Positions 8,561 to 17,947 of a stretch of DNA of 39,277 bases are shown here, one piece after another. Numbering within the stretch: position 1 is the first letter of the stretch; the number at the start of each line of letters is the position of its first letter. Both the position numbers and the translations under genes were made by a program. Source of the DNA: a virus (taxonomy: Duplodnaviria > Caudoviricetes); IMG/VR virus record IMGVR_UViG_3300032257_000047, positions 1-39,277 of that record. One strand, written 5' to 3'. A model generated the notes under the pieces. That model worked only from the letters and a program-made list of their open reading frames with translations. It made no database searches and had not been told where the DNA came from.

Positions 8561-10690
8561 CTATGCCACTTCATGGCCTTTAGTGCCTAAGTGGGTTGTT
8601 CTATAAGTACCTTGTAATAATCCGTTAGCATCCACTATACCATCAGCGGCATTACCTTCAACTGAGTTAGTAACTGTTATTATTGCGCTACTCACATGTG
8701 GGTTGTTTTCATTAACGATTACATCAAACTCTGATGTCTCATCACCAAGCCCTTCAAAATAAGCTGTAATTTTCCCGCCAATAAGTGTATTTCTATAACT
8801 GTAAGCAGCGCCAGCGGAAGTAGCAGATGTGTTACTAACATTTATAAGTAAAGGGAAGCATTGATTAGGGTTAGATAACGAAGCATTAACATAATTCCAG
8901 CACGCTTCTATTGGCCCTGCACTGTGCCCAGAAGTTTCTGACTGATGTAGATCAAGTAAAATACCACCAAGAGCATTTCCATCAGGGAAGGCGTTATTTC
9001 TGAGAGAAACAAACCTATTACCCTGTTTAGGCCAGAAACATTGACCACTATCTATATTTATAGCTGTATTGTTTTCTGCTAATAAGTAATCGCACCAATA
9101 AGTGTCAAAAGCTGAGAATCCATTTGATCCTGCTGCTAATGTGTCATAAGTATTGTGTCCGAAATAGACATATTTCCTAGCAATGGATGGCTTATTTAAA
9201 TAACAACATGATTCATTGTCATTATGTGCAGTCCCTTGTCTTCCGTTAAAGAAATAAGTATCAAAAACAGTAATACGATCAGCGTTAGCGAATCCAACGA
9301 TGAACTGGCTATTAGCATCTGTGGCTATGGAGTTTTCTAACCTAAGTCCACCGAAGTACAGATCATCAAAGTTGTTCGTACTGCCGATAAACTTGCCGTT
9401 AGTTCCATCAAAAACAGGTGACTCATTACCATAAGCTATATGAACCATAGGTTTTAGTGTTGAATAAAGTCTTACATTGTTACTAACAGAAGCATCTGTT
9501 GAATTGATTGCGTAAGTCCCTGTACGATAATGAACATGGTATCCGACATATGTGCTATCAGCTTGTGTTTTGTACCATGCGTCAATAGTTGCAAAAGGCG
9601 TACCTATTGCTCCATCGTTCAGATCACTACCGCTAACAGAATCTACAAATATGTGACCAGCTGTACCTACAACTAATTCCCATGCTACATTTGTTACTGT
9701 ACCAACCTGATCCGTAACTGTTGCTGTTAGAGTATGTGTACCCGTAGTAGGTGAAGGCCATTTTACTACACCGTAATCTGCATCACCGTAAACACTACCA
9801 ACAGTCATGCCAGTAGGCACTGTGCCTGTAAGTTCGTACTTAAAAGGCCAAGCACCGCCTTGAACACCGATAGGAATACTATAGGGTACTGCTGGATAAG
9901 CTTTTCTATGCCTAGCCCATGTATTTGTTTCATTATCAGGGCGTGGGTGAACTAGAACTGGTGCCATCTTAGCGGGTACAAAATTACCTACAGCTAATTG
10001 GAATGATGCTGCTGCTTGTGTAGTAGCCGAAACATTTGGTGTAGTGGCACTATTACCAGTCGTATCAGTTACAACTGCCCTGTAGTAATAAAGAGTTGAA
10101 GCTGTTAGCGTACTGTCACTGTAAGGGAAGGTAGCGTTTGCGTTCAATACACTCCAGCCACTAGTTCCTGTGAGGCTACGTTCAAGTTGTACAGAAGCTA
10201 TTGCAACATCATCACTAGACCCTGTATGAGATACAGTAATCTGGATGGATGAGTTAATAGCTAAAGATAACGTGCCCGCAGTTGGGAGCGTTGTATCTAT
10301 TGCTGCCACTTGTGTAGCACCTGTTGAAATCGCTGTTGTAGCAGTATTGGCGCTAGTATCAGTTACTATTGCTCTGTAATCATATGATGTATTTTGAGAA
10401 ACAGTATCTATATAATCAAAAGTTGCATTAGCTGACAACACAGTCCATGTACTAGTACCTGTTACTCTACGTTCTAGCTGTACAGTATCAACTGCTATGT
10501 TATCACCAGCACCTGTATGTAGGACTGTAATCTGGGTGGATGAGTCTATTTGTAAAGATATACTCCCCGCCACTGGATTAGTAACATCAGGGACAGGAGC
10601 TGTTGGTGTTACGCTACCATCTGTATGAGGATTAAATCCTTTAATGCAAGGGATACCTGCGAGTAAGTCTTCTATGTTGTACCGAGGCAT
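8561..10690 (-). CDS. Large virion adhesin/tailspike: two FN3-like repeats, an Ig-like domain and a right-handed beta-helix
   Basis: Two about 95-aa repeats with Y.YRA.VTD; G..PFKYEL...P.GMTV Ig-like segment; IFVDSVSGSD..DGAIGTPFATI beta-helix cap; Asn-rich coils. Start at 10690 inferred from TAATG coupling. Confidence 0.75.
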   Translation of the reverse strand: MPRYNIEDLLAGIPCIKGFNPHTDGSVTPTAPVPDVTNPVAGSISLQIDSSTQITVLHTGAGDNIAVDTVQLERRVTGTSTWTVLSANATFDYIDTVSQNTSYDYRAIVTDTSANTATTAISTGATQVAAIDTTLPTAGTLSLAINSSIQITVSHTGSSDDVAIASVQLERSLTGTSGWSVLNANATFPYSDSTLTASTLYYYRAVVTDTTGNSATTPNVSATTQAAASFQLAVGNFVPAKMAPVLVHPRPDNETNTWARHRKAYPAVPYSIPIGVQGGAWPFKYELTGTVPTGMTVGSVYGDADYGVVKWPSPTTGTHTLTATVTDQVGTVTNVAWELVVGTAGHIFVDSVSGSDLNDGAIGTPFATIDAWYKTQADSTYVGYHVHYRTGTYAINSTDASVSNNVRLYSTLKPMVHIAYGNESPVFDGTNGKFIGSTNNFDDLYFGGLRLENSIATDANSQFIVGFANADRITVFDTYFFNGRQGTAHNDNESCCYLNKPSIARKYVYFGHNTYDTLAAGSNGFSAFDTYWCDYLLAENNTAINIDSGQCFWPKQGNRFVSLRNNAFPDGNALGGILLDLHQSETSGHSAGPIEACWNYVNASLSNPNQCFPLLINVSNTSATSAGAAYSYRNTLIGGKITAYFEGLGDETSEFDVIVNENNPHVSSAIITVTNSVEGNAADGIVDANGLLQGTYRTTHLGTKGHEVA

Positions 10691-11118
10691 TATTGATCTC
10701 TCCAAATAACAAGGATAGCGCCAGCAGAGGCATTATCATCTATAAATAAACCAGTATTTAGTTTAATTCCATGAAAATCTTTATCAGCTGAATGAACGCC
10801 CAGGGATACCCCAGCAGCAGTAGTCCCATCACGTACTGTAATATCACCTGTTAACGTAGATATTTCAATAATAGCCTTGAATAGTACAGGATTTGAGCTA
10901 ATGATTGTATCATTATCCTCAGCTGTGAATGTTATAAGTGTATAGTTCCACTCAGGGACTGATGCAAAGTACTGGTTAGATGTTGCGATATTGCGTTCCC
11001 CAGCTAACGCTGCTAGTTCTACCTTAATACCTGAATTAACTACATCTAATTCAACTGAATTATCATTTTTACCAGAGGAGGATCTAGCCCCTTCTAAGGT
11101 TAGTGTGCCATCTGACAT
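10690..11118 (-). CDS. Probable virion structural protein
   Basis: Beta-rich 142-aa ORF coupled to the adhesin gene. Confidence 0.55.
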   Translation of the reverse strand: MSDGTLTLEGARSSSGKNDNSVELDVVNSGIKVELAALAGERNIATSNQYFASVPEWNYTLITFTAEDNDTIISSNPVLFKAIIEISTLTGDITVRDGTTAAGVSLGVHSADKDFHGIKLNTGLFIDDNASAGAILVIWRDQ

Positions 11119-11120
11119 AA

Positions 11121-11423
11121 TTATTCCTTATCATATTCTATATGAATGTGACTTGTATGCCAGATAACATCATAATCAGCACCTAAATCAGCTTGCAGTT
11201 CTTCAAAGACTCTTTTCTTATCTTCTTCTGAGAAGTATTTAGTCCTACAATCAATAGCTCTGCCGTAGTAATGCAGACTTCCTGCTGAGTGCATACCATC
11301 TCTTGCTGAAGTTATTACTAACTCTTGGCCGTAGTCATCCCATATCTCATCAGCTAATCTCAGAGCTTTCTGCATACAGAGTTCTAGCCCCCATACATTT
11401 ACTGTCTCATCTTTTACTTGCAT
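11121..11423 (-). CDS. Endolysin, peptidase M15 (Zn D-Ala-D-Ala peptidase fold)
   Basis: ITSARD..H...SLHYYGRAID.R...HIHIE (H-x6-D and HxH). Confidence 0.85.
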   Translation of the reverse strand: MQVKDETVNVWGLELCMQKALRLADEIWDDYGQELVITSARDGMHSAGSLHYYGRAIDCRTKYFSEEDKKRVFEELQADLGADYDVIWHTSHIHIEYDKE

Positions 11424-11776
11424 TTCACTACCTTCTGTATAAATTTATTGAACTCTGGGTTATCTACTAATACACCGCAGTACTGATTAGCTAATGTATT
11501 GACTACCCTTTCCTCTTCATCTTCATCACTTAACCCACCTACGAAGTAACACACATGCATTAACTCATGGATAAGCGTATTCATAACGACTACAGGACTA
11601 AGATCAGTTATAATCCTTATACACATCTCTGAAGCTGAGAAGTGTCCGTACACACCATGCGAGAAGCCTTCAAGTGACTTCATTGGGATAATATCTATCT
11701 CGTAACAACCTACTTTAATCTTACCTGGAAGCTTCATACCGTTCACCTTTTTGATCTGTTCATTATTAATATACAT
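11414..11776 (-). CDS. HExxH zinc metallopeptidase-like protein (start may be 11737)
   Basis: TLIHELMH followed by EEE; G.F motif upstream. Confidence 0.7.
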   Translation of the reverse strand: MYINNEQIKKVNGMKLPGKIKVGCYEIDIIPMKSLEGFSHGVYGHFSASEMCIRIITDLSPVVVMNTLIHELMHVCYFVGGLSDEDEEERVVNTLANQYCGVLVDNPEFNKFIQKVVKCK

Positions 11777-11800
11777 AAGAGAAAAGTGAACGCTCAGATC

Positions 11801-12064
11801 CTAGTGTCTGTCTAATTCCCTGTCTACTATCTTATCAACCTTGTCCCTTATATATGTAAGGTCATCTTTTTGATCTTTAAGCATACCGTCTTTCTGGTCA
11901 GAGCAATCCTTAATTTCTTTATTCATCTCAGGCCATGTGGGGTAGTCTCTAGCTAAGTCTTCCTTGATCTGTTGTATACTCTTCTGTTGATTCCACATAA
12001 TCTTAGCCAGGACAGTAACTGGAAGAATTATAAGGTACTTAACTGAGTCCCAATCAATATTCAT
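11801..12064 (-). CDS. Single-TM coiled-coil protein; holin- or antiholin-like
   Basis: N-terminal hydrophobic helix and C-terminal IRDKVDKIVDR; upstream of the endolysin. Confidence 0.5.
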   Translation of the reverse strand: MNIDWDSVKYLIILPVTVLAKIMWNQQKSIQQIKEDLARDYPTWPEMNKEIKDCSDQKDGMLKDQKDDLTYIRDKVDKIVDRELDRH

Positions 12065-14784
12065 TCTTCAGACTCTTCTTCTTGACCTGCTCTGTTTCTA
12101 GCGAATTCACCTAAGAGTGCTGTCTTACCTGTCTCATCGAGTCTATTCCATAGTTTCTTAACAGATTTAGGGGATACCTTCCCTTTACTTGCTTGTTCTT
12201 TGGTTAACTTCTCAGTGATCTTAGCGAGGTCTGGGTCGAACATAGCTTCAGTTAACAACTTATTAACCTGTCTTTTATTCATAGCTGCAAAAGCAGATAA
12301 AACAGTACTTTCAAATATATGTCTAGTAGATAAACGGCCTTGTCGCCTCGCACGTAATTCAGTATTAGTGCTTACAGCTGTCTTTCCTGTTATCTTCTCT
12401 AACACACCTATTATACCTGTTTCCCCAGGAGATATATCTAGGTTGAACCTGAAGTTAGACTCCTCAGCAGCTCTTAGTGAGTTAAGTAAGCTTCTTTGAT
12501 GGCCTTGCTCTATAAGTAAGTTAAGTCCTCTGTTATTCCGTAGAACTTCATGCATCTTAACAGGATCTATAACAGGCGGCTTCCCTGACTCTTTGACTAC
12601 AGTACTCAATCTGAGTAATTCAGAAGCAGCTGCTCTTGATATTGACTCTGTACTAAGACCTAACCTCTTAGCTTCATTCTTAACAGATCTGGCTCCATCC
12701 ACTGACTTGATTTTATTAAAGAATTTATTAGGGTCAGACATATCAATCAACTTCTTTAGCTGTTGATCTTCATACCTTTTCTTCATTAACTCTTTATTAA
12801 GCACTGAACTAGTAGCCACTTTATGTGACTTACTTATATCTTGGATACTAGCTTTAATCTCTGGGACTTCATCAAGTAATTGACCATATTTCCTAAAGAA
12901 CTCTGCGTGTTTCTTAGGTGAGATCATACCTGACATCTCAGTACCGTCAGCGAACTTAACTGTACCACTAGCCTGATCTTTATAGAACGTAAGAATAGAG
13001 TCCCTAAGCGCAGTATAAGTCCCTGAACTTCTTTTAGCTACATCAACGAACTTTGCGAACTCTTCAGTTTTAGCTCCTTTGAATGCAGTACTAACCACAT
13101 CGTCAGCTGATTTAGCGTACTCACCTAATCTGTTTCCAGGTTCAAGTATGTCTCCCATGATACCTGATTGGAAAGGTTCAGCTACCTCATCTCTCCAGAA
13201 GTCAATAGCGTCTGAGTAAGCTTGTGAGTCTTTACCAGAAATAGGGTCTTTCTTAGAGTTCTCTAATGCTTCTTTTGTAGCTGCTTTAAGTTGACCTAGT
13301 AATCGTAATTGGTTACTTTTGTTTACATTACTTTCAGGTTTATGTCTAGTAGCTGTAAGTGCTTTATTAACTTCTGTATAAAGATCTCTGAAGTCTTTTA
13401 ATGGAATAGCTTCAACTCGTTGCGCACCTGAGAGTAACTGACTCATTCCAGGTTTTCTTGACTCAAGTTTAGAAACTAGATCACTTACAATACTAGGGAA
13501 TGCGTCTTGATCCCATATACCCTTACTTGATAGTATTTGTTTAGCTGTACCATAAACATTAGTAATATTTACAGGAACATCGCCTATAGCATCAAACATG
13601 ACATCAGCCTTGGCCTTATTTAGCTTGAACTCATCAGCAGAAAGCTTTTGTATAAGCTTACCTTGTTTAGTACTCTCTTTCCCTGTTACAGATATATCAT
13701 AACGGAGTTTCTGTAATTTCTGCTTATCTTGAAGTATTTTATTATCTATATTAGATATTATGCTACCATAAGACTTATTACTATTATCTATAAGTGACCC
13801 AAAAGCTTCAAAATCATCCCCGAATATCTTTTTTGTGTAATCATTTATAGCTTTCTCGTTAATAGTTCTTTGTTGTAAAATACGCTGTTGGGCAGGATCA
13901 AACTTAGTTACAAGATCCTTTTTCTGACCTCTTAGCACATCTGACTGAGTAGCCTCGGCTAAGTCAAATCTATACCCAGGGATTGTATTCTCAATAACTT
14001 GAGCAGACTCTAGTGACTCCATTATACCGACTTGATCTTTTACAGTATCAGTCCAATCATCAAGAATCTTATCAGTTGCTCTTTTCACATAAGCATCTTT
14101 TGTTTTTCTTAGCTCGGCCAAAGATAACTTCTTCAGACTTGCTGGGCCAACTTTTGTAACCCTAGCCGCAGTAGTTAAAGCCTTACCTGTTGCTACGTCT
14201 ATAGCACCTTCAGCGAATAATTTAGTAGCAGTTGCTATACCTGCCCTAACCTCTGGCTTATCTATATTCAGGGACTCTCCTACATCATAGCCAACGAATT
14301 GACCTACAGCAGTAGCAGCCTCTTCAGCTTTATTACCAGCCCATGCAAGCCCCCCTAGGATAGATTTACTATAATCTCCTTCAGGGTTTATGCTGAATTG
14401 AGCTTGTCTTTTCTTTATAAGATCCTCGAACCCCTCATAACCAGACTCTTGTGGGTAGAAATCGCTGTCAACTATACCAAGAACACCTCTTCCAGCTGCT
14501 TCTACGCCACCTACTACCGTCCCAGCAAGTCCAGCTCCTAGTACAGCTGGGACTTCTACGGCAGCTATGGCAGCCTCTGTAGGAGCTTCAGCTATACTAA
14601 GTGTTATATTAGAATCCTCTTGAGGTTCAGTTGAGTACCTAGTTGAGTCAATACTCTCCTTGAACATAGCTGTAGCTTGTTCTCTGAAGTCTTGTATTGA
14701 ATCTACTTTTACTGCCTGATCAACTTCTGCTTTAGGTAGATTTACTGAAGTTAAACTATCTAATTCTTCTTGTGTTATCGCCAT
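12061..14784 (-). CDS. Large internal virion (ejection) protein
   Basis: 907 aa, predominantly helical; third of three genes after the tail genes, as in podoviruses. Confidence 0.65.
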   Translation of the reverse strand: MAITQEELDSLTSVNLPKAEVDQAVKVDSIQDFREQATAMFKESIDSTRYSTEPQEDSNITLSIAEAPTEAAIAAVEVPAVLGAGLAGTVVGGVEAAGRGVLGIVDSDFYPQESGYEGFEDLIKKRQAQFSINPEGDYSKSILGGLAWAGNKAEEAATAVGQFVGYDVGESLNIDKPEVRAGIATATKLFAEGAIDVATGKALTTAARVTKVGPASLKKLSLAELRKTKDAYVKRATDKILDDWTDTVKDQVGIMESLESAQVIENTIPGYRFDLAEATQSDVLRGQKKDLVTKFDPAQQRILQQRTINEKAINDYTKKIFGDDFEAFGSLIDNSNKSYGSIISNIDNKILQDKQKLQKLRYDISVTGKESTKQGKLIQKLSADEFKLNKAKADVMFDAIGDVPVNITNVYGTAKQILSSKGIWDQDAFPSIVSDLVSKLESRKPGMSQLLSGAQRVEAIPLKDFRDLYTEVNKALTATRHKPESNVNKSNQLRLLGQLKAATKEALENSKKDPISGKDSQAYSDAIDFWRDEVAEPFQSGIMGDILEPGNRLGEYAKSADDVVSTAFKGAKTEEFAKFVDVAKRSSGTYTALRDSILTFYKDQASGTVKFADGTEMSGMISPKKHAEFFRKYGQLLDEVPEIKASIQDISKSHKVATSSVLNKELMKKRYEDQQLKKLIDMSDPNKFFNKIKSVDGARSVKNEAKRLGLSTESISRAAASELLRLSTVVKESGKPPVIDPVKMHEVLRNNRGLNLLIEQGHQRSLLNSLRAAEESNFRFNLDISPGETGIIGVLEKITGKTAVSTNTELRARRQGRLSTRHIFESTVLSAFAAMNKRQVNKLLTEAMFDPDLAKITEKLTKEQASKGKVSPKSVKKLWNRLDETGKTALLGEFARNRAGQEEESEE

Positions 14785-16106
14785 TTAGATGCTCTCGCTA
14801 GTTCAGCCCAACTTTTATCGAACTGTAGCATAGCAGCTTGTTTAGCAGCTTGCAACTCATCTTCAGATAAAGGTTCACCGTCTAATTGCTTCTTTTGAGC
14901 TAATGCCATTAACTTTTGATTAACAGAGCCTTCATGTGAATCTTTTGCTTTTGAGTAATAAAGGAAAGATTGGTTATCGCCCTTACCTTGTGGGATAATA
15001 GGAGGATGGTTTCTAGTCCATTTTGTAATAAACTTGTTAAAACCTGTTAGGTCAGCTTTCCCCTTGTTTTTATTAAGAGGGTTAAACTTCCACTCATCCA
15101 TCTTATTCTTGACTAGCTCATCTTGTCTAGCTAATTCAGTGAATGCATTAGTAGCTAAATCTATGCCTACAGCAGAGTCTGATTTCTGGATAGCAGTACT
15201 TAAACCAGCCTTGAACTCTTGTGGGTTAAGATTACCTTTCTGTTCAATCGCTTTATTTATACCTGATTGCATAGCAGACTTAAAGAATAACTCTCTTTGC
15301 CCGTGTTCCATATTATCAAGTGATTCAAACCCAGGTACAGATGATACTATATTACGAACTGCACCACCTAGCTCTCTGAATGTACCACCGCCTCTGAAGT
15401 GCTGTGCAGCCTGAGAGATCATATTCATATTAGATATAGTCTCTTGTGAGTCAAGCGCACGTTGCATGATAGTCTCACGTTGCAAGATCTGTTCTTTCTC
15501 TTCAGGTTTAGTTAACTCTTCTGCCTTTTCTCCAGCTTTAGACTTCTCTTTTAACTTAGCAGTTAAAGCTGAATCGCCTCGAACAAAGATGTTGTTACCT
15601 AAATCACCCCCAGCATCTAACGTTACATCACCTGTTATCTGACTTCTACGACCTGACCCTACTACTTCTAATGTTTCTGGATTAACTATAAGCCCTGATC
15701 TTTTATCAGCTGTAGGTTTAACAGCCTTAGCAGCGAAATCTTTATTAAGCTTCATAGCTTGTGCATCAGCAGCTTCATAAATCTTAGGGATGCCAGCAGC
15801 TCTACCTAATTCAGCAGCTTTACCTAACATCTTTAATTGACCATCAGGAGTAGATGTATCTATATTGTTCTGTTGTATCCATGATTCAGTAGCTTTCTGT
15901 ACAGCTCTAATACCTTCTACTTCAGGATCTACGTTACGTGTACCAAGGCTTTCACCAGCAGTCTGCCCTAGTAGCCCACCAGCTTGAGCAGCTAACAAGT
16001 TCTGTTGATTAGGAGCAGAAGCAATAGCAGCACTTCTTTTGAAAAGGCCATCTCTTGCACTTTGACGTACAGCTTCAGGTGTAGGTAGATTAAATAAACC
16101 AGGCAT
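14775..16106 (-). CDS. Internal virion (ejection) protein
   Basis: Ala/Gln/Gly-rich N-terminus; gene position. Confidence 0.6.
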   Translation of the reverse strand: MPGLFNLPTPEAVRQSARDGLFKRSAAIASAPNQQNLLAAQAGGLLGQTAGESLGTRNVDPEVEGIRAVQKATESWIQQNNIDTSTPDGQLKMLGKAAELGRAAGIPKIYEAADAQAMKLNKDFAAKAVKPTADKRSGLIVNPETLEVVGSGRRSQITGDVTLDAGGDLGNNIFVRGDSALTAKLKEKSKAGEKAEELTKPEEKEQILQRETIMQRALDSQETISNMNMISQAAQHFRGGGTFRELGGAVRNIVSSVPGFESLDNMEHGQRELFFKSAMQSGINKAIEQKGNLNPQEFKAGLSTAIQKSDSAVGIDLATNAFTELARQDELVKNKMDEWKFNPLNKNKGKADLTGFNKFITKWTRNHPPIIPQGKGDNQSFLYYSKAKDSHEGSVNQKLMALAQKKQLDGEPLSEDELQAAKQAAMLQFDKSWAELARASKWR

Positions 16107-16921
16107 TAAAATAACCCCGCATTTTGAGCAGCTAACATCTCTGCTTGTGTCTGACCCTGAATAGGCTCATTGAATAAACCTTCACTACCGAAACTGAAGT
16201 CACCTAATGAGCTACTTAATGAGTTAAAGAATGAATCTTGTGCATTAGTATTAGCAGTCTCTCCAGCAGCTATTGCTCTAGCTTGATTTGAACTGGCAGC
16301 AGTGCTACCCCCAGCTGCTTGTAATGCTTGATTAAGCTGATCGGCACTAAGACCATCAAGTCCTGTACCACCAGATATAGCTTGTAAAGCTTGCTTGAAT
16401 AAACGATCTTGTTGTAACTGACCTTGTTGAAGCCCTGTTAAATCACGCTGATTCTGAGCTATGCCTTGTGCTCCATACAAAGCTTCTGTTCTAGCAGCCC
16501 CGCCTGTACTTCCTGACAACCCTTGCTTGAACAGCCTGTTCTCAAGAGATAGACGTTGTTGTTCTTCTCTTGGTTGAGCTAATACATCCAATTGGTCAGT
16601 GAACAAAGCTCCAGCAGCAGTAGGGTCAAAAGTCTGGAAAGCATCAAGACCTTCACCACCTTGCTGTATCAGCCGATCTCTAAGAGCTTGTAACTCAGGA
16701 GAAAGAGTTGATGTGTAACCTGTCTCTTTATCAAAAGTAGTACTACCTATCCCTGTATTAATATCTACAGGGTTGTACGCTAAACCAGCAGCTAGATTAC
16801 CAGCTGTACCAGAACGTTGTGAACTAGAGAGTAAACCCCCTACTCCGCTAGCTATTAGAGCTGGGTTGCCTGTAAAGGCTCCTACTCCTGCTGATACTAA
16901 ACTGCCTATATTAAGTCCCAT
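16106..16921 (-). CDS. Internal virion (DNA pilot/ejection) protein
   Basis: Gly/Ala hydrophobic N-terminus and Gln-rich helical body; gene position. Confidence 0.65.
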   Translation of the reverse strand: MGLNIGSLVSAGVGAFTGNPALIASGVGGLLSSSQRSGTAGNLAAGLAYNPVDINTGIGSTTFDKETGYTSTLSPELQALRDRLIQQGGEGLDAFQTFDPTAAGALFTDQLDVLAQPREEQQRLSLENRLFKQGLSGSTGGAARTEALYGAQGIAQNQRDLTGLQQGQLQQDRLFKQALQAISGGTGLDGLSADQLNQALQAAGGSTAASSNQARAIAAGETANTNAQDSFFNSLSSSLGDFSFGSEGLFNEPIQGQTQAEMLAAQNAGLF

Positions 16922-16930
16922 ACTATTACC

Positions 16931-17200
16931 TTATAATAATCTTAACAGATCACTATCTGTTAGTGTATTCTCAGAGATGATTCTATCAGCCTCTGCACTT
17001 GCCTTTTGTTCAGCTAATCGTAGTAAAGCTCCTCTTACAATCTTACCTGCTTCAGGTGTCTTATCTTTAAGTACTGCATCCAAGAACTCTTGCTTCTTTT
17101 CTTCAGTAGCAGCTCCGAACATAGCTAAGAGGTCATCAGTCGTAAAAGCTGTGAAGTACTCATTAACCAGTTTTTGTACTATTTTCTGTTTTATTGTCAT
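16931..17200 (-). CDS. Hypothetical protein (possible fibre chaperone)
   Basis: 89-aa helical ORF following the fibre gene. Confidence 0.55.
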   Translation of the reverse strand: MTIKQKIVQKLVNEYFTAFTTDDLLAMFGAATEEKKQEFLDAVLKDKTPEAGKIVRGALLRLAEQKASAEADRIISENTLTDSDLLRLL

Positions 17201-17206
17201 ATTAAC

Positions 17207-17947
17207 CTAGTCAAAAATTTCATCGTAATCAGTGTTTTGAGATCCAGCAGTAGAGAATAGCCTTACATTAGTACCGTCAGATACAACCTGTCCAGCTTCA
17301 CCAGAATTTATAACAGGTACTACACTTCTCCATCCGCCGCCTATTTGTACTTGTATATTAATAGCACCTGCTCCTGTGACATAGAAGTTATAAACACCTC
17401 TAGGAACTGTTGTGCCTGTTGTATTATTAACAGCCCATGTTCCAGATGCCGTTCCTAATGCAATTTCATCGTTAAATCTAACACCTCCTGAAGCTATTTC
17501 AGAAGTCCCTACTGCATCTGCTGCTATCTGAGCAGAGCCTACTGCATCGTTAGCTATAGCGGTAGCATTGCCAACTGAAGTTACTGGGCCAGTTAAATTA
17601 GCATTAGTCACTACAGTAGCAGCATTCCCCACTGAAGTAACACCTCCAGTAAGATTAGCGTTAGTTGTTACTGTATCGGAATTCCCTGTAACGTTCCCTG
17701 TGAGATTAGCTGTAATACCTCCTGCACCATCTGTGACTATAGTACTATCTTTAATGTCCCCGTTACCATCCATTGTAACAAGGTTATTATTAGTAGCTGC
17801 GGCTATCTTATTAGCTTTAGTAGCTGAAGAGGCAACAATAGCATTGAACTCAAGATCAAAGTCAGACCCCTTAATAGTCTTAGCGGCATTACCTGAAGGT
17901 AGCGTGTCTTTAGTAGTGAAATCTGTAGTTTTTGAATAATCAGACAT
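17207..17947 (-). CDS. Tail fibre/needle protein
   Basis: N-terminal Y.K.TDF..KD.LPSG...K.IKG..FD.EFNAI anchor; ANLTG.VT repeats. Confidence 0.7.
   Translation of the reverse strand: MSDYSKTTDFTTKDTLPSGNAAKTIKGSDFDLEFNAIVASSATKANKIAAATNNNLVTMDGNGDIKDSTIVTDGAGGITANLTGNVTGNSDTVTTNANLTGGVTSVGNAATVVTNANLTGPVTSVGNATAIANDAVGSAQIAADAVGTSEIASGGVRFNDEIALGTASGTWAVNNTTGTTVPRGVYNFYVTGAGAINIQVQIGGGWRSVVPVINSGEAGQVVSDGTNVRLFSTAGSQNTDYDEIFD
17564..17665 (-). repeat. Tandem 19-aa (57-nt) repeat in the fibre gene
   Basis: TNANLTGGVTSVGNA and TNANLTGPVTSVGNA, with diverged third codon positions. Confidence 0.85.
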
